From contig NZ_CP157522.1 in NCBI RefSeq assembly GCF_049075655.1, positions 1,056,001-1,120,000 on the forward strand: 64,000 bases of DNA. Reading direction: 5' to 3'. The translations under genes and the position numbers were made by a program. The notes below the pieces were generated by a model. It did no database searches. It saw nothing but the letters and a program-made list of their open reading frames with translations, and had not been told where the DNA came from. Below are positions 1 to 12,687 of this stretch, in pieces; position 1 is the first letter of the stretch; each line of letters opens with the position of its first letter. Origin of the DNA: Methanothermococcus sp. Ax23. GTDB taxonomy: Archaea; AGJL01; Methanococci; Methanococcales; Methanococcaceae.

Positions 1-218
1 ATAAGGCGGTCGTATGGAGTAGCCATCAGGTTTCAATGAACATGCGATTTTCCAATGGTGGGTATATTTTATGTCTTAGTAATTTATTAATTTTATATGA
101 TATAATTATAGCACAATTACAATTTATTATCAATCATCACTTTTTTATAAAGACTTTATTATGTTATTTTTATTTCTATTAAAAATATTAAAATCCATTT
201 ACAAATAGAGGTGAAACT

Positions 219-1511
219 TTGTTAAAAAACATGGACGATTCATTTGATATATATGATATTAAAGCAAGAGAAGTAATCGATTCAAGAGGAAATCCAACAG
301 TAGAGGTTGAGGTTTTAACAGCTGGTGGTGGATACGGTAGTGCAATAGTTCCAAGCGGAGCTTCAACAGGAACTCATGAAGCTGTGGAGCTCAGAGATAA
401 AGACATAAGGTTTGGAGGGAAAGGTGTATTATTGGCAGTAGATAATGTAAATAGCATTATAAAACCAGAATTAATAGGCTACGATTCAAGAATGCAGAGA
501 GAAATCGATATAATAATGAGAGAATTGGACAACACAGAAAATAAGGGAAAACTTGGAGCAAATGCAATACTCGCTGTTTCATTGGCTGTGGCAAAGGCAG
601 CGGCTGATACTGCATCATTACCACTATACAAATACATTGGAGGATGCAACTCATATGTAATGCCTGTTCCAATGATGAATGTTTTAAACGGTGGGGAGCA
701 CGCAGGTAATGAGCTCGACTTCCAAGAGTTTATGATTATGCCAGTTGGTGCCGACTCAATAGCAGAAGCAATAAGAATGTGTGCGGAAACCTACCATACA
801 TTAAAAAAGGTAATATTAGAAAAATACGGAAAAGACGCTGTAAATGTTGGGGATGAGGGAGGATTTGCACCACCAGTAAATGACATTAGAGAAGCATTGG
901 ATTTATTAAATGACGCTGTAAAAAATGCAGGGTATGAGGATAAAATTGTATTTGCATTGGACTGTGCGGCAAGTGAGTTCTACGATGCAGAAAAAGGAAA
1001 TTATGTTGTAAAAGGAAATGACATGACTACTGATGAGCTCATATCATTATACAAAGAAATAGTAAATGAATACCCAATAGCATCAATTGAGGACCCACTT
1101 CATGAAGAGGATTTCGAAGGATTTGCAACAATTACAAAGGAATTAAAAGGTATCCAGATAGTTGGAGATGACTTATTTGTTACAAATACAAAGAGATTAA
1201 GAGAAGGTATTAAATCTGGAGCAGGAAATGCTCTATTGTTGAAGGTAAATCAGATCGGAACACTATCGGAATCAATAGATGCGGCAAATCTCGCATTTAG
1301 AAACGGATACGGTGTTGTAGTATCCCACAGAAGCGGTGAATCAGAGGATTCCACAATAGCAGATTTATCAGTTGCATTAAACGCAGGTCAGATAAAAACC
1401 GGAGCTCCTGCAAGGGGGGAAAGAACTGCAAAATACAACCAACTTATAAGAATTGAGGAGGAGCTCGGATACCCAAAATACGCAGGAAAAGATTTCAGAT
1501 GTCCTTTTTAA
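219..1511 (+). CDS. eno: Enolase (phosphopyruvate hydratase); true start possibly ATG at 231
   Basis: Motifs [41 protein letters not shown]. Confidence 0.98.
   Translation: MLKNMDDSFDIYDIKAREVIDSRGNPTVEVEVLTAGGGYGSAIVPSGASTGTHEAVELRDKDIRFGGKGVLLAVDNVNSIIKPELIGYDSRMQREIDIIMRELDNTENKGKLGANAILAVSLAVAKAAADTASLPLYKYIGGCNSYVMPVPMMNVLNGGEHAGNELDFQEFMIMPVGADSIAEAIRMCAETYHTLKKVILEKYGKDAVNVGDEGGFAPPVNDIREALDLLNDAVKNAGYEDKIVFALDCAASEFYDAEKGNYVVKGNDMTTDELISLYKEIVNEYPIASIEDPLHEEDFEGFATITKELKGIQIVGDDLFVTNTKRLREGIKSGAGNALLLKVNQIGTLSESIDAANLAFRNGYGVVVSHRSGESEDSTIADLSVALNAGQIKTGAPARGERTAKYNQLIRIEEELGYPKYAGKDFRCPF
1486..1511 (+). repeat. 26-bp direct repeat, copy 1 (3' end of eno)
   Basis: GAAAAGATTTCAGATGTCCTTTTTAA; second copy at 2198-2223 with 1 mismatch. 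Confidence 0.85.
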
Positions 1512-1692
1512 ATAAATAGTTCTTTTTTATTTTTTTAATTATAATTTTTTACCTTTTTTTATTTATTTTTACAATAATTATATTAATTTCGGAGCTCACT
1601 ATAAACACTATATCGAATAATTTATATATAATCAAAAACATAAAAGGCATAATAAAAACAATAAAGGCACATGGAAATAATCTGGTGATGTT

Positions 1693-2163
1693 ATGGCTAC
1701 AACCTATGAATTAAAAATATACGGTAAAATTCAGCATGTGGGATTTAGGGATAGAATAGAGGATATCGGAAGAGGTTTGGGAATTGATGGGGTAGTTTAT
1801 AATTATAAAGATGGAACAGTCAGAATTTTGGCAAATTTTGATGATGAAGAATTAAAAGAATTTTTTAAAAGAAGTATAAAGTTTTTAGAGAAAAAAGACA
1901 ATTTAATTAAAATAGAAGGGATTGAGGAGAAAGAACTAAATACATTTATTGAATTTCCAAGTGGGATAAACAGGATTTCAGCGGATGATTTACTAGAACT
2001 TAATAAAAAACTTGATGAAGGAGTTAAATATATTAAAATGATTTTTGGAGTTTTGGAAGAAGTTAAAAAGGGACAGGATGAATTACTAAAAGGACAGAAT
2101 GAAATAAAAGAAATACAATTAAAAATGTTAAATATATTGGAAAAAATTGAAAGAAAACTTTAA
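1693..2163 (+). CDS. Acylphosphatase-family protein with C-terminal coiled-coil extension
   Basis: GKIQHVGFR and N-x-x-DGTV acylphosphatase motifs; heptad-like C-terminus. Confidence 0.8.
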   Translation: MATTYELKIYGKIQHVGFRDRIEDIGRGLGIDGVVYNYKDGTVRILANFDDEELKEFFKRSIKFLEKKDNLIKIEGIEEKELNTFIEFPSGINRISADDLLELNKKLDEGVKYIKMIFGVLEEVKKGQDELLKGQNEIKEIQLKMLNILEKIERKL

Positions 2164-2197
2164 GATTTTTATATTATCGGAAGCCAGTAAGTTGGAA

Positions 2198-2223
2198 GAA
2201 AAGATTTTAGATGTCCTTTTTAA
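2198..2223 (+). repeat. 26-bp direct repeat, copy 2 (duplicate of eno 3' end)
   Basis: GAAAAGATTTTAGATGTCCTTTTTAA. Confidence 0.85.
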
Positions 2224-2262
2224 TTAAATAAATGATATTTTTTTATAATTTTAGGGGGGATT

Positions 2263-4481
2263 ATGGTAAAAAAAGAAATTACTAATAAAGATTTTTATAA
2301 AGAATTCATAGAATGTTTGGAAAAAGGGGAAGATTTCGAACTACAAAAATATATATCAGATGATAAATTAATTGTTGAAGAAAATATCAATATTTTAAAA
2401 ATTTATGAAGAGATTAGAAATAAAGAATTAAAAGGAGCAACTATTGAAGAAAATGACCAAGAAATAATAATGACTATAAATATAAATATATATATATTTA
2501 TAAAATTGAATTTAAAAATAATTTTACATTTGGAACTTTTGGCATTAAAACTTCGAAAAACACCAAAAATGTTAAAGTAAAAGACCGCAAACCTCTTAAA
2601 ATAATATTTAATGGAGATGTCTGTTTTTGGAGCTCCACATTTAATGGAGAAGTTGATTTCAAAAATGCCATATTTAATGGAGAAGTTGAATTTATAAACA
2701 CAATCTTTAACGGAACGGCAAATTTTAGCGATGCAGAATTTAATAAAATTAAATTTTGGAATGGCTTCCTTTCTGGTGTTTATGATTATCCACTTTGGGA
2801 GTATAGGGCATATACCACCACATTTAATCAGGATGTTGCATTTAATGAAACTAAATTTAAAAAGGCAGATTTTAGCAATACAATATTTGGGAAAAATGTT
2901 TATTTTATTGGTGCAACTTTTGAAGGAGAAGTTGATTTTAAGAATGTTACTTTTAATGAGCAGGTGAAATTTAAATTTACTTTTAAAGATACAATATCAT
3001 TTGGAGAAACAAATTTTAATAATGGCGTTATTTTTGAGAATATTAAATTTACAATTAATGGTGAGGGAAATAAGGAGGATAGGGAAGATAACATCATATT
3101 TATTAAAACAAAGTTTAAAAACGCTGATTTTAGAGGGAATAAATTTAAAAGTTTATCTTTTGAATTTTGTGAGAGTGAGGGGTATTTTCAATTTATGGGA
3201 AATAATGTTGAGAAAAAATTTTGTATAAATGGTTGCTCTTTTGATGGTAATGTTATATTTACTGGAAATTTTGAAGGAGATGTTGAAATTTTTAATTGTA
3301 ATTTTAAAGAAAAAAGTTCTGTTAAATTTGAAAATGTTGAATCCAATGGAGAAAAATCAGAATTTAAAAACATAACATTTGAAGGGATAACAGAATTTTC
3401 AGAAGTTGAGTCTAAAAATATCAAATTCGAAAAATTAATATTTAAATCTGCTACAAAATTTATGAATATTTCATTTAGTCAAATATTCTTTTTAGAATCT
3501 GTTTTTGAAGACCTTGCATTTTTTAAAAAGAAAGAAGAAAACAAAGATGAAGGAATAGCAATTTTCAATTTAGTTAATTTTAAAGAACCAGAGAATACAA
3601 CATTTATAGACTTTCCATTATCAAAAACATCTTTTTTATTAACTGATGTAAAAGAAATAACAATAATTGCAAAAGCAGAGAAAATTTTAAGTGAATATCT
3701 TTTAGATTATTTAGATAAAAAGAATAACGAAGAAATAAAGGAGGACAATAAAGATGAACTTTATGAAAAAGCGTTGGAAATACTTAAACCATATTTAAGA
3801 CAGGAAACAGTTTTAAAAGAATACAGAGACATGAGAAAATCTTTTGAAAATAATAGGACTTATGTTGAAGCGTCAGAATTGTTTATTTACGAAATGGATT
3901 TAATAAGAAGAATAGCAACATTTGATGAAAGAAAATTTATTGAAAAAATTAAACCAGCGTTGGAATATGGTTTATGGGGTATTTACTTTTACTTGCCATA
4001 CTTAGTCTTATTTGAATTTTGGATATGTTTAAAAACTGAAAGTTATCTGATTTTTTTAATTACAATTATAATAGTATTATATGCCATGTGGAAAGGTAGA
4101 GTGATAACATCGCTTACATTTTGGATTTATAAACTCACATCAAACTATGGGGAATCAATAACAAAACCAATATTTATTTCATTTTTTATAATATTGGTGT
4201 TTCCATATATTATTGATTTTTTAAATTGGATATGGTTTTTTGTTTCTAACTTTCCCTTGTTAAACGAACTTTTAAATAAAAATGGTTCAGCATACGAGCA
4301 AATATTAAGAGCATTTTTCCAATTAGGAATTGATAAAGATGTTATAAATTCAACAACTAATCCAATACAAAAAGAACAATTAAAAACATTAGCAAGTTAT
4401 GAATGGCTAATAAGAATCATCTCTTTAATTTTAATCGGTAATATCCTAATAGCAATTAAAAGAAGATTAGAACGAAAATAA
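2263..4481 (+). pseudogene. Pentapeptide-repeat membrane protein, frameshifted at an (AT)6 tract (2486-2497)
   Basis: The frame of ORF 2964-4481 is open upstream to ~2490 (IIFNGDVCFWSSTFNGEVDFKNAIFNGEVEF); F every 5 residues; C-terminal TM helices with SNYGES; removing one AT unit joins it to ORF 2263. Confidence 0.8.
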
Positions 4482-4565
4482 TAATTATAGAATTTTTATT
4501 CATTTTAACAAAATCAATATATATGTATCATGACAAAAATATAATAAAAATTAGGTGGTGAGCTC

Positions 4566-4826
4566 ATGGCAACAAATCCTTCAAAACTAAGAATCAGCCC
4601 AACATTAGATAACATCATATTAGTTGAGAATGTTTTAAAAGAAGATTCAATAATTACAATTGATGAACTATCTAAAAAAACAAACATTCAGATGCCTATA
4701 TTAAAAGAAATTCTTGATTATTTAGAGCAATCCAATAAAATTGTAATATCAAAAAAAGGCATTTCTTGGATATACAATAACAATGAAAAACTACAAAAGG
4801 TAATTACAGAAGGGTTTGAACTATGA
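4566..4826 (+). CDS. Small winged-helix protein, putative antitoxin
   Basis: 86 aa with an HTH-like pattern; ATGA overlap with the downstream small basic ORF. Confidence 0.55.
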   Translation: MATNPSKLRISPTLDNIILVENVLKEDSIITIDELSKKTNIQMPILKEILDYLEQSNKIVISKKGISWIYNNNEKLQKVITEGFEL

Positions 4827-5167
4827 AAAAAATTAGGGTAATTTTATCCCCTGATGCATTTGAAGTTTATAATTATCTAAAAAACAATTGCAACAACAAA
4901 CAAAATGCTTCTTTATATAATGCTATAAATGATAAAGTCGAAATTCTTAAAAATAATGTTCATTATGGGGATGCAATAGGTAAAAAACTGATTCCAAAAG
5001 AATATATTGCCAATTATGGAATTTCTAATTTATTTAGAGTCGAATTACCGCAGTTTTGGAGAATGCTCTATACAATTACCAACGATGGAATAAATATTGT
5101 CGTGGTTATTTTGGATATTTTAGACCATAGGAAATATAATAAAAAATTTGGTTATAAAAATAGATAG
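4823..5167 (+). CDS. Putative RelE/ParE-like toxin
   Basis: 114 aa, basic; LFRVELPQFWRMLYTI...LDHRKY resembles the RelE-fold C-terminal strands. Confidence 0.55.
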   Translation: MKKIRVILSPDAFEVYNYLKNNCNNKQNASLYNAINDKVEILKNNVHYGDAIGKKLIPKEYIANYGISNLFRVELPQFWRMLYTITNDGINIVVVILDILDHRKYNKKFGYKNR

Positions 5168-5324
5168 TAAAATAATTATTGCATCATTGACCATTGTTTA
5201 GTTAAATTATTATCACTTTTCTTTTAATTAATTTTATAAACGAAAGATTTTTAAATATTTATTATATATTTCTAAAAAACTATCACTCCTATTTATTTTT
5301 ATTTAATATAAAAAAGGTGTTCTT

Positions 5325-8030
5325 ATGGAAATAAACCATGATTATAATGTTGAGTTGTTTGAAAAAAAAGGATTCATGAGAAAAAAATGTAAAGAATGCG
5401 GACAGTATTTTTGGACATTAGACCCTGAGAGAGAAACCTGCGGAGACAGCCCATGCGATAAATACTCATTTATCGGAGCTCCGATTACAGATAAAAAATA
5501 CACATACACCGAGATGGTGAAGGAATTTTTAAACTTCTTTGAGGAAAATGAGCACACACCAATAAAAAGGTATCCAGTAACTGCGAGAAGATGGAGAAAC
5601 GATATTCTTTTAACAATTGCATCTATTGCAGTATTTCAGCCGTGGGTAACAAAGGGAGTTGTAGAACCAATTGCAAATCCTCTTGTAATAGCTCAGCCAT
5701 GTATTAGATTAAACGATATAGACAATGTTGGAAGAACGGGAAGGCATTTAACATGCTTTACAATGGGAGGACACCACGCATTCAATAAAGTAGATGATTT
5801 TAAATATTGGACAGATAGAACTGTCGAATTATGCTTCAACTTCATGAAAAAGCTCGGCATAGATGAAAAATCCATTACATTCATAGAAAGCTGGTGGGAA
5901 GGTGGAGGAAACGCTGGACCTTGCTATGAGGTAATAACTCATGGTGTAGAGCTCGCCACACTTGTGTTTATGCAGTATGAAAAAGTCGGAGATGAATATA
6001 GAGAAATGCCTTTAAAAATCATAGATACTGGCTACGGTATAGAGAGGTTTGTTTGGGCATCACAGGGAACACCAACTGTTTATGATGCAATATTTGGAAA
6101 TATCGTTGAAAAATTGAAGGAAAATGTAGGCATTGACTATATTGAAAATATTGATGATAGAATACTTGCAGAAAGTGCCACACTTGCTGGGCTTATGGAT
6201 ATTGAAAATGTTGGAGATTTAAGAGTTTTAAGGCAGAAGGTTGCTGAAAAGCTGAAAATGGATGTGGAAGAGCTGGATAAACTACTTACGCCACTAGAAA
6301 ATATATATGCCATAGCAGACCATACAAGATGCCTTGCATTTATGTTTGGGGACGGTATCGTTCCATCAAATGTAAAGGACGGATATTTGGCACGATTACT
6401 TGTAAGAAAAACATTGAGATACATGAAAAATGTTGGAATTACAATGTCTTTAAAGGACATTATAAATTTACAGCTTGAAGAGTTAAAGGAATTATATCCA
6501 GAATTACTTGAAATGAAAGATTATATAATGGATGTAATTGACGAGGAAGAGAGAAAATACATTCAAACAATTAACAAAGGAAGGGGAATTGTCGAAAGGC
6601 TGGCTAAGTCCAAAGATGAAATATCACTTGATGATTTGATAGAGCTCTACGATAGTAAAGGGCTTCCACCAGAGGTTGTTGAGGAAATTGTAAAGGAAAT
6701 AAATGAGAAAAATAAAACCAAAAAAACCATAAAACTAAATATTCCTGATAATTTCTATACAATAGTTGCCGAAAGACACGAGCAGAAGAAGATGGAAGAA
6801 AGTGAAGAAACAGAAGAAAATCAGAAAAAAGCACTTCCAGAAGTGAATGACATTCCAAAAACCGAGTTATTATTCTATAAAAATCCAAAACAGAAAGAAT
6901 TTGAAGCTAAAATCTTAAAAATAGTTGATGATTATGTAATTCTTGACAAAACCATATTCTATCCAGAAGGTGGTGGTCAAAAATACGATATTGGAGTTAT
7001 CAACGGCAAACAAGTTGTTGAGGTTCAGAAGAAAGACGATATCGTATATCACAAGCTCTCAGATGTAGAAGGTCTTAATGAAGGGGATATTGTAAAAGGA
7101 ACAATAAATTGGGAACAGAGAATCAATTTAATGAGAAACCACACAGCTACACACATAATAAATGCCGCAGCTCAGAAGGTTTTAGGAAAACATGTTTGGC
7201 AGACAGGTTCAAATGTTGAACCAGATAAGGCAAGGTTGGATATTACGCACTACAAGAGAATAACCAGGAATGAAATAAAGGAAATAGAAAAAATTGCAAA
7301 TGAGATTGTTTTAGAAAACATTCCTGTAAAGAGTTCCTTCATGGATAGGAACGAGGCAGAGCAGAAATATGGATTTAGAATATATCAAGGTGGAGTTGTT
7401 CCAGGGAATGTGCTAAGGATAATAAATATAGAAGGTGTAGATGTTGAGGCGTGTGGTGGAACGCACTGTGAAAATACTTCGGAAGTTGGATATATAAAGA
7501 TATTAAGAACTGAAAGAATCCAAGATGGTGTTGAAAGGCTCGAATACACAAGCGGAATAAACTCAGTTAAAGAAGTAAGTGCAATGGAGGATATTTTACT
7601 AAACTCTTCGGAGATATTGGGAGTTCCAGCTGAAAATCTTCCAAAAACTGTTAAAAGATTCTTTGAAGAATGGAAGGAGCAGAAGAAAACAATTGAAGAG
7701 CTCCAAAAGAAAATGGGAGAATACAAAAAGTATGAGCTCGCAAATAAATTTGAAAAAGTTGGAAGCTACGATGTTTTAGTTGAAATGGTTGAAGGAAATC
7801 CAAAGGAATTAATGTCAATTGCAGATAATTTGGTAAAAGAAGGTTCAATTGTGGTTCTATTAAATAACAACGGATATATTTTGTGTAAAAGAGGAGATGG
7901 TGTTGAGCTCAGCATGGGAGAGCTACTGAGGAAAATAGCAAAAGGTGGAGGAAAGGACAACTTAGCACAGGGTAAGTGTTTAGATGATATTAAAACTCTC
8001 AGAAATAAAGTATTTGAAGAATTGAAATAA
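5325..8030 (+). CDS. alaS: Alanine--tRNA ligase
   Basis: Archaeal AlaRS motifs [18 protein letters not shown] editing motif, EACGGTH. Confidence 0.98.
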   Translation: MEINHDYNVELFEKKGFMRKKCKECGQYFWTLDPERETCGDSPCDKYSFIGAPITDKKYTYTEMVKEFLNFFEENEHTPIKRYPVTARRWRNDILLTIASIAVFQPWVTKGVVEPIANPLVIAQPCIRLNDIDNVGRTGRHLTCFTMGGHHAFNKVDDFKYWTDRTVELCFNFMKKLGIDEKSITFIESWWEGGGNAGPCYEVITHGVELATLVFMQYEKVGDEYREMPLKIIDTGYGIERFVWASQGTPTVYDAIFGNIVEKLKENVGIDYIENIDDRILAESATLAGLMDIENVGDLRVLRQKVAEKLKMDVEELDKLLTPLENIYAIADHTRCLAFMFGDGIVPSNVKDGYLARLLVRKTLRYMKNVGITMSLKDIINLQLEELKELYPELLEMKDYIMDVIDEEERKYIQTINKGRGIVERLAKSKDEISLDDLIELYDSKGLPPEVVEEIVKEINEKNKTKKTIKLNIPDNFYTIVAERHEQKKMEESEETEENQKKALPEVNDIPKTELLFYKNPKQKEFEAKILKIVDDYVILDKTIFYPEGGGQKYDIGVINGKQVVEVQKKDDIVYHKLSDVEGLNEGDIVKGTINWEQRINLMRNHTATHIINAAAQKVLGKHVWQTGSNVEPDKARLDITHYKRITRNEIKEIEKIANEIVLENIPVKSSFMDRNEAEQKYGFRIYQGGVVPGNVLRIINIEGVDVEACGGTHCENTSEVGYIKILRTERIQDGVERLEYTSGINSVKEVSAMEDILLNSSEILGVPAENLPKTVKRFFEEWKEQKKTIEELQKKMGEYKKYELANKFEKVGSYDVLVEMVEGNPKELMSIADNLVKEGSIVVLLNNNGYILCKRGDGVELSMGELLRKIAKGGGKDNLAQGKCLDDIKTLRNKVFEELK

Positions 8031-8103
8031 ATTTTTATATTTTTTTATTAATAACTCATATTACTATTTTATTTTTCATTTAAAATTTTAAATAGGTGTA
8101 TTT

Positions 8104-8973
8104 ATGTTTATACCAGGTCATATTACCGGTTTTTTTAAGATATATAAGGATAAAAATATATTAAAAACAGGCTCAACCGGAGCAGGTATTACGCTAAATA
8201 AAGGAGTATATACTGATGTAATTGACGGAAAATCAGATGAATTCCTTCGGAATTCATTACTCGAAATCAGAGATTTCGATGGAGAAATATATTTTAATGG
8301 CGATAAGATAGAATTATGCTCAACAATTGAAGTGGTTAAAAACTATCTGAATTACAACGAATCGGATGAATTTAATTACAATATCATCCATAAATCAGAT
8401 TTTCCATTGGGCTGTGGATTGGGCACATCAGGTTCCTGTGCATTGGGTGCATCATATGAGCTCAGCAAAATTTACAACATAAACAAAGTTTTGGAATTTG
8501 CACATACTGCTGAGGTAAAATGCGGAACTGGACTTGGAGACGTGGTGGCACAATATACAAGAGGTTTTGTAATAAGGAAAAAACCCGGGCTCCCCATAGA
8601 TGTGAAAAAAATAAATATAGATGATATTAATAACTATTATGTAGTTGTTGAAATACTTGGAAAAAAAGAAACTGGCACGATTATCAACAATCCTGAATGG
8701 ATAGATAAAATAAATAAAATGTCTGATGAGCTCCTACAAAAACTATTAAAAAGTCCTACATTGGAAAACTTCATGAGTTTGTCCTATAAATTTGCAAAAG
8801 ATACAGGTCTTGCAAGTGATGAAATAATCGAACTATGCGATGATTTGAGTTTTACCATTGGGAGCTCACAGGCGATGCTTGGAAATACCGTATTTTGTAT
8901 ATGTGAAGATAAAGATTTAAATGATGTATTGTCTATATTAAATAAACCTATTGTATGTAAAATTTATCAATGA
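8104..8973 (+). CDS. Pantoate kinase (GHMP family) with an in-frame ~16-aa hairpin-derived insert
   Basis: [40 protein letters not shown]. Confidence 0.88.
   Translation: MFIPGHITGFFKIYKDKNILKTGSTGAGITLNKGVYTDVIDGKSDEFLRNSLLEIRDFDGEIYFNGDKIELCSTIEVVKNYLNYNESDEFNYNIIHKSDFPLGCGLGTSGSCALGASYELSKIYNINKVLEFAHTAEVKCGTGLGDVVAQYTRGFVIRKKPGLPIDVKKINIDDINNYYVVVEILGKKETGTIINNPEWIDKINKMSDELLQKLLKSPTLENFMSLSYKFAKDTGLASDEIIELCDDLSFTIGSSQAMLGNTVFCICEDKDLNDVLSILNKPIVCKIYQ
8232..8280 (+). repeat. Double-hairpin micro-element inside pantoate kinase
   Basis: ATCAG-ATGAATTCC-TTC-GGAATTCAT-TAC-TCGAAATC-AGA-GATTTCGA-T: perfect 9-bp and 8-bp stems. Confidence 0.85.
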
Positions 8974-11033
8974 GGGAAATCATGAGTGAAAAATACTTAT
9001 TAACAACAGCTTTGGCATATACAAATGGACCACTTCATTTAGGACATGCGAGAAGCACATATATTCCTGCTGACATTATGAAAAAATACCTGAAATTAAA
9101 AGGTAAGGATGTAATCCATGTTGGTGGAACAGACAACCACGGAGTTCCTATCACACTTACAGCAGAAAAAGAGGGCGTAAAACCTGAGGATATTGTAAAT
9201 AAATATCACAATGAGATAAAGAGAGATTTAGACAATTTAAATGTAGAGTTTGACAGCTACGGAAAAACTCACAGCGATATCCATATAGAAACTGCTCAGG
9301 AGTTTTACAAAAAACTTAAAGAAAATGGATACATTTATGAAAAAGACATAGAGCAGTTTTACTGCCCGAAATGTGATAGATTTTTGGCAGATAGGTATGT
9401 TGAAGGAACATGTCCGTTCTGTGGCGGTGAGGCAAGAGGAGACCACTGCGAAGTTTGTGGAAGACATCTTGAACCAACCGAGCTCATAAATCCATACTGT
9501 ATAAACTGCAACACTACGCCTGAGCTCAGAAAAACAACACATAGGTTCTTTAAATTAAGTGCATTATCCGACGATTTAAGAAATTATGTTGAGAGCTCAG
9601 ACATGCCTGAGCATGTTAAGAATATGGCATACAGCTGGATAAAGGAGCTCCATGACTGGGATATTTCAAGGGATATAAAATGGGGTGTTCCAATACCTGA
9701 CAGCGAAAACCAAGTAATGTATGTATGGTTGGAAGCACCAATTGGTTATATTTCATTTACAAAGCAGTTGGGAGATGTTTGGAAGGATTATTGGTTAAAG
9801 AAAGATAAAAACGAAAATGATAGCGATGTAAAAATATGGCATTTTATTGGAAAGGACATTACAGTTCATCACTCAGTATTTTGGCCAGGCATGTTAATTG
9901 CTAATGGTGAATATAACCTTCCTTCGTCAGTGATAAGCGGCGGTTATTTAACACTTGAAGGAAGAAAGATGAGCACAAGTAAAAAATGGGTTGTTTGGGT
10001 AGATGATTTTGTTAAATACTTTGATTCCGATTATTTGAGATATTTCTTAATGGTAAATGCACCGTTAAATAGGGACTGTGATTTTTCATTTGATGAATTC
10101 CAAAAGAGAATAAACACAGAGTTAATTGCTATCATTGGAAACTTCACACATAGAGCTCTTGTATTTTCACACAGGAAATTTAAGGCTATTCCTGTTGTTG
10201 ATGAAGATAGCTTAAAAGAAGAAGATAAAGAACTGATAAACAAATGTAAAGAAACTGTTGAAAAAGTAGATAAACACATAATGGAATTTAACTTTAAGGA
10301 TGCTATAATGGATATTATTCACCTTGCAAAAGAGGGGAATAATTACTTCCAGAAGATGGAGCCTTGGACTGTTGAGGATGAAAACAGGTTGAAAGAAATA
10401 TTATACACCTGTGCAGTGGTTGTAAAATATATAGTTTATTTGCTTTATCCATTTATGCCAAATAAAACCATGAAACTTCTTGATTTAATGAATGAAGAAC
10501 TTGATTTGGAAATTAGGGGAAATACTTTGAAAAAGCCGAAGGTTGTATTTACAAAAATTGAAGATGACCAAATCAAGATGGTTAAAGGAAAACTATTAAA
10601 ATCAGAAGAAGCTAAGGAAAAGAAGAAAAATAAAAACAAAAAAGATAAAAAAGAAAAAAACAATAAAGACGAAAATAAAAACAACAAAGAAAATGAAAAA
10701 GGTGATTCTATGGATTTAATAAGCATTGATGACTTTGCTAAAATTGAGTTGAGAGTTGCACAGATTTTAGAAGCTGAGGAGGTTCCTAAATCCAAAAAAT
10801 TGTTGAAATTAATTGTAGATATTGGGGATGAAAAGAGACAGGTCGTTGCAGGTATAAAGGGACACTATGAACCATCGGAGCTCGTAGGTAAAAAAATTGT
10901 ATTATTATGCAACTTAAAACCTGCTAAATTATGCGGTGTAGAATCACAAGGTATGGTTTTAGCCGCAGGGGATGAGGTTGTAGCTCTTTTAACACCAGAT
11001 AAGGATGTTCCAGTAGGAAGCAAAATCTGCTAA
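8970..11033 (+). CDS. metG: Methionine--tRNA ligase (start possibly 8982)
   Basis: HLGH and KMSTS motifs, Zn knuckles, C-terminal tRNA-binding OB domain. Confidence 0.98.
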   Translation: MREIMSEKYLLTTALAYTNGPLHLGHARSTYIPADIMKKYLKLKGKDVIHVGGTDNHGVPITLTAEKEGVKPEDIVNKYHNEIKRDLDNLNVEFDSYGKTHSDIHIETAQEFYKKLKENGYIYEKDIEQFYCPKCDRFLADRYVEGTCPFCGGEARGDHCEVCGRHLEPTELINPYCINCNTTPELRKTTHRFFKLSALSDDLRNYVESSDMPEHVKNMAYSWIKELHDWDISRDIKWGVPIPDSENQVMYVWLEAPIGYISFTKQLGDVWKDYWLKKDKNENDSDVKIWHFIGKDITVHHSVFWPGMLIANGEYNLPSSVISGGYLTLEGRKMSTSKKWVVWVDDFVKYFDSDYLRYFLMVNAPLNRDCDFSFDEFQKRINTELIAIIGNFTHRALVFSHRKFKAIPVVDEDSLKEEDKELINKCKETVEKVDKHIMEFNFKDAIMDIIHLAKEGNNYFQKMEPWTVEDENRLKEILYTCAVVVKYIVYLLYPFMPNKTMKLLDLMNEELDLEIRGNTLKKPKVVFTKIEDDQIKMVKGKLLKSEEAKEKKKNKNKKDKKEKNNKDENKNNKENEKGDSMDLISIDDFAKIELRVAQILEAEEVPKSKKLLKLIVDIGDEKRQVVAGIKGHYEPSELVGKKIVLLCNLKPAKLCGVESQGMVLAAGDEVVALLTPDKDVPVGSKIC

Positions 11034-11166
11034 TAAACTTTTCTTTTTATATCTTTATTCTAAATTAGATGTATTTTCATTTTATATATTTATTTTTTAT
11101 TTTTTTATATTTTAAACTTTATATATCATATAAAACAAATAAGTATATATTATAAAACAGGAGGGG

Positions 11167-12687
11167 ATGTTTATGCTATTTTTAAAAGTCAAATTTTTAG
11201 ATTTAGACCTGGAAACAAATGCAGTTATTGTAAATGAAGAGGATTTAAAGGGGACTGCATATTATCCTCATGATAGGGTTTTAATAGAAAGTTCGGGAGG
11301 TTCTTTCGTGGGAACTCTATATTCAACAAAAACAATGGTAAATCCAGGGGAAGTTGGTGTTAGTAAGGCAGTTATACCAATACCTTTAAACGAAGGCGAG
11401 GAGGTTAGGATAAGGCATGCTCAAAAACCAGCTTCTTTAAACTATATTAAGAAAAAGATGGACGGCCAGATATTAAAACCTCATGAAATACATACCATTG
11501 TAGATGAGATAGTATCAAGAAAACTATCAAACATAGAATTATCTGCATTTGTGGTTTCAACCTATGTAAATGGGATGGAAACCAATGAAATTGTTGAAAT
11601 GACAAAGAGAATGGCAGAAACCGGAGAAACGCTCGAATGGGATAAAAGTCCAGTTGTAGATGTCCATAGTATAGGAGGAGTTCCAGGAAATAAATACGCA
11701 CTTTTAACAATTCCAATAGTGGCATCAGCTGGAATTACCATTCCAAAAACTTCATCAAGAGCTATTACCTCAGCAGCTGGGACAGCAGACGTTGTTGAAG
11801 TGCTTGCAAATGTAAATTTAGATGCAGAAGAGATAAAAAGAGTAGTTAAGACCACAAATGGATGTCTGGTTTGGGGTGGTGCGGTAAATCTGGCACCTGC
11901 GGATGATATTATAATAAATGTGGAAAGACCACTAGCAATAGACCCTAAACCTCAGTTATTAGCAAGTGTTATGGCTAAAAAGATTGCAACAGGTATTAAC
12001 TATACTGTAATTGATATCCCCATAGGATATGGTGTAAAGATAAAGAATGAAAAAGAAGGAAACCAGCTTGCAAGAAAATTTATAGAGCTCGGCGACTTAC
12101 TGGGCATTCGTGTTGAGTGTGTTCTGACATATGGGGGACAGCCAATAGGTAGGGCGATTGGTCCAGCACTTGAAGCAAGAGAGGCGTTGATGGCGTTAAA
12201 TGACCCAAAATCTGCACCAAAAAGTTTGATTGAGAAATCCCTTTCCCTTGCAGGAGTTTTGTTAGAACTTGGAGGAGCCGCGCAACCTGGAAAAGGTAAT
12301 GAAGTGGCATGGGAAATACTCACATCTGGAAAAGCACTTGAAAAATTTAATGAAATAATAACTGAACAGGGAGGGGAAGAGACAAAACCTGATGAGATTG
12401 AAATAGGAGAGTATAGTGCAGAAATAACTTCTTCAAAATATGGTTATGTAACAGGCGTATCAAATAAACTAATTACAAATATAGCAAAGGAGGCAGGAGC
12501 TCCGAAGGATAAAAAGGCGGGAGTTCTCCTACATGCAAAAACAGGAAATAAGGTAGAAAAAGGAGATGCATTATATACAATTTATTCGAGCTCAGAGGAG
12601 AGATTGAATGCCGCAGTTAATCTTGCAAGAAGAACATACCCTGTGAGAGTTGAAGGTATGCTTCTTAAAAGAATTAGCAGATTCTAA
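11167..12687 (+). CDS. AMP phosphorylase (thymidine phosphorylase family)
   Basis: DVHSIGGVPGNK and KTSSRAITSAAGTAD motifs. Confidence 0.93.
   Translation: MFMLFLKVKFLDLDLETNAVIVNEEDLKGTAYYPHDRVLIESSGGSFVGTLYSTKTMVNPGEVGVSKAVIPIPLNEGEEVRIRHAQKPASLNYIKKKMDGQILKPHEIHTIVDEIVSRKLSNIELSAFVVSTYVNGMETNEIVEMTKRMAETGETLEWDKSPVVDVHSIGGVPGNKYALLTIPIVASAGITIPKTSSRAITSAAGTADVVEVLANVNLDAEEIKRVVKTTNGCLVWGGAVNLAPADDIIINVERPLAIDPKPQLLASVMAKKIATGINYTVIDIPIGYGVKIKNEKEGNQLARKFIELGDLLGIRVECVLTYGGQPIGRAIGPALEAREALMALNDPKSAPKSLIEKSLSLAGVLLELGGAAQPGKGNEVAWEILTSGKALEKFNEIITEQGGEETKPDEIEIGEYSAEITSSKYGYVTGVSNKLITNIAKEAGAPKDKKAGVLLHAKTGNKVEKGDALYTIYSSSEERLNAAVNLARRTYPVRVEGMLLKRISRF

Noticed and set aside
1-62. GC-richer sequence at the window start, possibly part of an RNA gene or mobile element
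   Set aside because: Truncated by the window edge; no recognisable motif.
10590-10710. Lys/Asn/Glu-rich low-complexity stretch in metG
   Set aside because: Variable linker before the C-terminal tRNA-binding domain; in frame, no hairpins.
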